Source: a virus. From it: 64,000 nucleotides of DNA. The DNA lies in the IMG/VR virus record IMGVR_UViG_3300031616_000001, positions 1 through 64,000 of that record. The stretch is one strand, 5' to 3'. The notes under the pieces are model-generated. The model was given only the letters and a program-made list of their open reading frames with translations, did not search any database and had not been told where the DNA came from. Every line of letters starts with the position of its first letter. The stretch's first letter is position 1. Made by a program: the position numbers and the translations under genes. Positions 59,452 to 64,000 of the stretch are shown one piece after another.

Positions 59452-59930
59452 TGCCGATTGCGTTCCGCATCCTGGGGCAGCCATGCTCAAAGGCGAACTC
59501 GCGGCAGATCGTGACGATCGGCGGCAAGCCGAAGTCGATCAAGTCGAAGGAGGCTCTGGCGTATGAGTCCGATGCACTGCGGCAAATTCCGACATGGGCG
59601 CGTCAAATGATCGACGTCCCGGTTCGAGTGACGCTGCGAATTTTCTACGCCTCTGAGCTTCCAGATCTCGATGAATCGATCGTGCTGGACGTCATGCAGG
59701 CGCGCTACAAGAAGTATGGAGAGAAGCGCGTTCTGATCCAGTCCGGTGTCTATGTCAACGATCGTCTCGTCCGCGAGAAGCATGTCTTCCATGGCGTGGA
59801 CAGATCGAATCCACGAGCCGAGATCAGCGTCGAACCGCTTCATCCGGTGCAAGCCGACATGCTTGCACCGGACATCGGAACGATGCTGAACCCAATCAGC
59901 GACGAGCACCCCGATGGCCTCCCGTTCTGA
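59451..59930 (+). CDS. RusA-like Holliday junction resolvase
   Basis: I.GQPCSKANSR, PDLDESIVLD, Y.NDR.VREKH.F...D..NPRAEI.V. Confidence 0.8.
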   Translation: MPIAFRILGQPCSKANSRQIVTIGGKPKSIKSKEALAYESDALRQIPTWARQMIDVPVRVTLRIFYASELPDLDESIVLDVMQARYKKYGEKRVLIQSGVYVNDRLVREKHVFHGVDRSNPRAEISVEPLHPVQADMLAPDIGTMLNPISDEHPDGLPF

Positions 59931-61702
59931 GCACGCCAATCTCATGGCCTGGCAATGCAATCAGCAGCTGGGCTGTCTCCAAATGCATGCCGCTGTTCGT
60001 GCGCGGAACATGACGGCTGGCGGCGCGGCGGAGATCTATCAGACCATGGTCGAGATCCCGCTGCTCGTCACCATGCGCGTCTTCGCGCTGTCGTGCGGCG
60101 ACGCCGTCAATGAGATGCCAGACACACCGGAGGCTGCGTGATCGAATTCCCGAAGGATCTGATCCTCCGCAACATCGGCGGCAGCGACGATGCGCTGGCC
60201 GTGTCGATTCAAGACGAGATGAATCGCCGCATTGGCGGTGAACTGAAGATTGACATGGGATTCGCAGCTGTCTCGAACGGTGCGGCGAGCACGTCGACCG
60301 CGCGGATCCCGACGGTGGCCAGCATGAAGAAGACGTTGGCCGAGATCGACGAGTTCTTCAGCCGCGCCGCGTCGCCAGCCCCTCAGATGCTGGCGCCGCC
60401 GCCGATGTCGCAAGCCGAAATCGGCCAGCTGATCGGTGTGCGCATGCACATCATGTCAGAGGCCATGCTGCCGCGTGATCCGGTGCGCGTGCACAAACGT
60501 CAGCGCTGGGATCGCTCCGGCAAGTACCACCTGCGCATCCAGAAGAAATGGAACAAGCGCTTCGGTGTCGTCGTTCGCGAAGTCGCCTATGTCAGCGACG
60601 CCGGAAAGACTCTTTACATCACACAGGCGGCGTTCGATCGCCTGCAGAAGGAACTCGCCTGATGGACTCGACGACGACATATCCAACGGTGGCCGCCGTG
60701 ATAGCCGCCGACTTCGAGACGTTGAGCGGGTGGGCCGACAAGCTGCCGCCGCCGCAGACCGACGTGGAACGCACGGTAGTGCGCCGCATCAAGGCGCGAC
60801 AACACGAGATGGCTTCGAGCGAGTTGCGCAGGAAAGCACCTGACATTGCCGACACGATCAACTCGGTCTCCGACATGGTCGAGAAGCTGACAGGCAAGAA
60901 GTTCCCGAGGTTCTGATCATGAGCATCAAGGAAGTTGTGCGGATGGAGATTGCGATTGCCTTCTGGGCGTGCGTGATCTGCTCGACCGTCTGGTCCACCC
61001 AGTTTGGCGTCAACCCCATCGCCGCGTTCTGGTGCCCAGCGTGGATGGTCGCGGCCGCGGTCCTCGCTGTGTCTCGAGTCATTGTGGCATTCATGAAATG
61101 AAATCGCCGCCGCAGTACGAAGACCCGGACGCCGCGACGTCGATCGCGCTGTTCAAGGCGCGCACGCCGCAGGCCAACGCAGATGGCTCGTTGATGGGAG
61201 GCGCGCGCATCCTCAATTTTCAGACGGGATGGGCGATGCCGGTGTTGGTCGTCAACGCCTCGTCGTCGCACTGGTTCCGGCGTCTCGGCAACGACTGGGC
61301 GGAAGCGCTCTGCGGGATCCAGGCGCCGCTCGAGCTGGTCCACGGACCTGGCAACTACCCGCGCTGCGGCAACTGCATCAAGACGATGTCGCGGCTGATC
61401 CGACAGGGTGCGATGTGAGCCGCAACAACAGCCCGATCCCGACGGCCGATCGCCAGGACTTCCTCGCCGCGATGACAGCTATCGACGCGGAATGCGAAGG
61501 CCTTGCCGAAAGCTACTGGCTGATGCTCGATGCCGCCGAGGAGTTCATGGTGTCCCGACGCTACCAGCGCGGCGATCCGCTGGCGGCCTTGAAGCAGTAC
61601 CGACGAATGAAGGCAGAAGCTTTAGCCAACGCCGAGAGATTCCCTGGCGTCGACATCGACGCCGTTCACCGCAACCAAAGACCGAAGACGAAAGGATCCT
61701 GA
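59914..61702 (+). other. nin-like region of small hypothetical genes (59914-60141, 60138-60662, 60662-60916, 60919-61101, 61098-61418, 61415-61702)
   Basis: Coupled plus-strand ORFs. Confidence 0.5.
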
Positions 61703-61704
61703 CC

Positions 61705-61953
61705 ATGGAAACAACGGAAGACCGCGTGAAGCGCATCGTGAGCCATCACCTCGGCGTGCCCGCTGAGACGCTCAACGCCGCCGCCGACATCGTGAAGGAT
61801 CTCGGCGCCGAGTCCTTAGACCGCGTCGAGATCGTGATGTGCGTCGAAGACGAGTTCGGCATCGAGATCTCCGACGAGGACGCCGAGCCGTTCCGGTCGA
61901 TCGCCGACATCTGCGCACATGTCGACAAGCACAAGTCGGCCGCCGCGGTCTGA
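61705..61953 (+). CDS. Acyl carrier protein (AcpP-like)
   Basis: EDRVKRIV..HLGV......DLGAESLDRVEIVMCVEDEFGIEISDEDAE; AAGGA RBS. Confidence 0.9.
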   Translation: METTEDRVKRIVSHHLGVPAETLNAAADIVKDLGAESLDRVEIVMCVEDEFGIEISDEDAEPFRSIADICAHVDKHKSAAAV

Positions 61954-62110
61954 CTGGACCTGCCATGACCTTGATCGTATGTCCTCGAGGTCGCGGCAAG
62001 TGGAACCACATTCGCTTGGTGATCGACGGGCCGTTTGATCTTTTCACGTTCGCGGTCGGAGAGAAGCTAGATCTCGGCGGCAGATGCTTTTGGATTATTG
62101 AGGTGCTCAA

Positions 62111-62653
62111 TTGATTGATTCGCGTGATCTGCCAGAAGAGTGGCGACCGATTGCTGGATTAGAAGGCTTCTATTCCGTTAGCAGTTGGGGACGGGTTCGC
62201 GCCGAGTGCCGACAAGTGTCGGGAAAGCTAGGAAGCATTCGAACCCTGCCACAACGCATCATGGCTACGTCTTCTATTGACAGCAGTGGCTATCCGCACC
62301 TCAGCTTGTCCAGAGACCGGAAGAGGGTATTTCGGAAGGTTCACATCCTTGTCGCGCATGCCTTCAATGGACCGCGGCCGACAGGACTCCAGGTCGCGCA
62401 CAACGATGGAATTCCGGTCCATGCGCATGCTTCGAATCTTCGATACGACACGCCGGTTGGCAATCAAGCAGATCGTCTCATCCATGGAACCGCACCCCAT
62501 GGCAACGCTACGAATCGTGCGAGGCTAGAAGCGGCACAGATAGAGGCGATCCGCAGAGACCCGCGATCAGAGCGAAAGATCGCAGCGGAACTGGGCGTAA
62601 ACCACAGCACGATTGGTGCAGTGAAGAGGGGGACATCATGGTTCTACATCTGA
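62111..62653 (+). CDS. NUMOD4-HNH homing endonuclease
   Basis: EEWRPIAG.EG.YSVSS.GRVR; VHILVA.AF.G.RP....V.H.DG.......NLRY.T...N; lower GC than flanks. Confidence 0.9.
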   Translation: MIDSRDLPEEWRPIAGLEGFYSVSSWGRVRAECRQVSGKLGSIRTLPQRIMATSSIDSSGYPHLSLSRDRKRVFRKVHILVAHAFNGPRPTGLQVAHNDGIPVHAHASNLRYDTPVGNQADRLIHGTAPHGNATNRARLEAAQIEAIRRDPRSERKIAAELGVNHSTIGAVKRGTSWFYI

Positions 62654-63332
62654 AAGCTGCTGCCATCGCTAGTCCGACATTGTTGAAGCGCACAGTGCGC
62701 CCAATGGAACATAGGCGTGTTGCTCTTCGAGCCTTCACTGCACTTGCCGAAATCTGCAATGGAACGGCGAGAACGGAAGAGATCATTGATCTATGCGATT
62801 CGATCAATGTTGTCGAAGCGCTTGTGACCATTGGCAAGTGCGACGATGATTCGGCTCCCGAGCACATTCTCAAAGCGATGGACGGCGTCCGCGTGGCGGT
62901 CAAGTGTCCGTCCGGAATGATGCGCATGGGTCAGGCTTCGACGTTCTCGATGCGTCACATCGTGACCCTGCATGACTTGGCTGTGGGCCGGCTAAGTCAG
63001 GGCACATTGTTCGAGGCATGGCAACTGGTGATGGACAAGATCGCCGATCCAGCGGCCAACGAATCTACTGGTCTCTTCGTGGTCCACGCGTGACGTGCGC
63101 GCATTGCATCGCTGCTTCCGCGGATCCTCACCACGGGCGGTCGAACGCCGGATGCCGGGGCTGCCAAGCGCGGCGCCTCGCACTGTCTCCGCATGCATTC
63201 GCCGCGCTGGCCGGCGCGCCGGAGCAGCTGCAGGCGGACATCGCGGAGATCTGGGGGGACGACTACAAGGCGGGCCGCGCCGAGGTTTGGAAGTGGATCG
63301 AGTTGATGCGCCAGAAACCGGGTAGCGGATAG
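62638..63332 (+). other. Two hypothetical genes (62638-63093, 63090-63332)
   Basis: Coupled ORFs; the second has two CxxC motifs. Confidence 0.5.
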
Positions 63333-63335
63333 CGA

Positions 63336-63370
63336 AGCGCCCCGCGACAGATGAACTGTCGCAGGGCGCT
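63336..63370 (+). terminator. Strong hairpin upstream of the last gene
   Basis: AGCGCCCcGCGACAG-ATGAA-CTGTCGCaGGGCGCT; no U-tract. Confidence 0.4.
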
Positions 63371-63421
63371 GGTCTGACGTGAAAAGCGAGGTGAGATGCG
63401 CATTCTACGTTGGAGACAAAG

Positions 63422-64000
63422 ATGAACCTCGGCGACAACACAGACCCGGTCTTCAAGACCGTGGGGCAGGCCTTGTACTTGGCATACGTGATGGAGGTGA
63501 CTCCGGCGTCGACGCCGAGCCCGACGGAGACGCTCATCAGAGACTTGATGAAGCAGCGCTACGGCGAGGCGCCGGTGCCGCAGGCCGAGCGCAGCATCAA
63601 CATGGGTGGCATGAACCCGCAGGAACTGCGCGCGCAATGCGCGCTGATCCGCGCGAGCGTTGCCGATCACCTAGCCGGCCAGGAGCGCGACACGATCTGC
63701 TCGCGCTTCGGCCACCAGATGACGCGAGCCGTGGGCGTGCGCAATCTTCGCGATCACTACGGCAGCCTGTGCAACACCCAGCACCAGGAAGCCGTGCTCG
63801 GATTGATCTGGGCGATATACGCGCCCGGGATTCGGCAGTTCCCCGGTGAGAATCCGCGCGCCTTCAATCTGCGGCGCAAGAAGCGCGAGAACGAATGGTC
63901 GGTACGTGGCATGGAGCGCGTCTACGGCATCGGCCGAAGCGTACTGCGGCGCGATCAGGACATGCTGCGCAAGCTGCTTAACGCCGTCGAGATGCAGGCG
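63422..64000 (+). CDS. Late-gene regulator (Q-position protein), 3' truncated
   Basis: GGAG RBS; open to the window end; F....QAL..AY...GG....E.RAQCA.IR..V and C-terminal HTH-like WSVRGMERVYGIGRS; end of the early rightward region. Confidence 0.55.
   Translation, partial: MNLGDNTDPVFKTVGQALYLAYVMEVTPASTPSPTETLIRDLMKQRYGEAPVPQAERSINMGGMNPQELRAQCALIRASVADHLAGQERDTICSRFGHQMTRAVGVRNLRDHYGSLCNTQHQEAVLGLIWAIYAPGIRQFPGENPRAFNLRRKKRENEWSVRGMERVYGIGRSVLRRDQDMLRKLLNAVEMQA

Larger units (their letters stand above)
1..64000. mobile_element. Temperate lambdoid siphophage genome (partial; head module lies outside the window)
   Basis: Contiguous tail, lysis, tRNA, att/int/xis, recombination, cI/cro and replication modules in lambdoid order, with no host housekeeping operons. 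Confidence 0.95.

Overview
The window is almost entirely one high-GC temperate lambdoid siphovirus genome, probably infecting a Betaproteobacterium (Burkholderiales-like; this is inferred from gene families). No host chromosomal DNA is visible. From left to right it contains: a tail module (tape measure, an inserted GT2 glycosyltransferase, distal-tail, hub, NlpC/P60 and tip proteins); a lysis region that includes a large secreted beta-helix protein; six minus-strand tRNA genes; an apparently intact attP (tRNA 3'-end core with arm repeats on both sides) next to int/xis; a ~30 kb leftward early region (DUF1643, DUF5131, DnaJ, DHH, HslV-like, NinB, Ref, YqaJ, RecT and many hypotheticals); a cI/cro switch whose operator-like palindrome recurs across the genome; and a rightward region with two DNA methyltransferases, a PEP-CTERM protein, HNH nucleases, a DUF1376 replication initiator with iterons, RusA, an acyl carrier protein and a Q-position regulator. 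The standout feature is at 39.8-41.4 kb. A solitary Cas7/RAMP-like gene with no other cas genes is flanked by four non-coding units made of phased (GGY-NN)n pentamers, each closed by GGC-AN-GGG-C and a hairpin. This looks like a phage-encoded RNA-guided system whose guide information lies in the variable dinucleotides. All product calls come from motif recognition by eye; no database searches were run.
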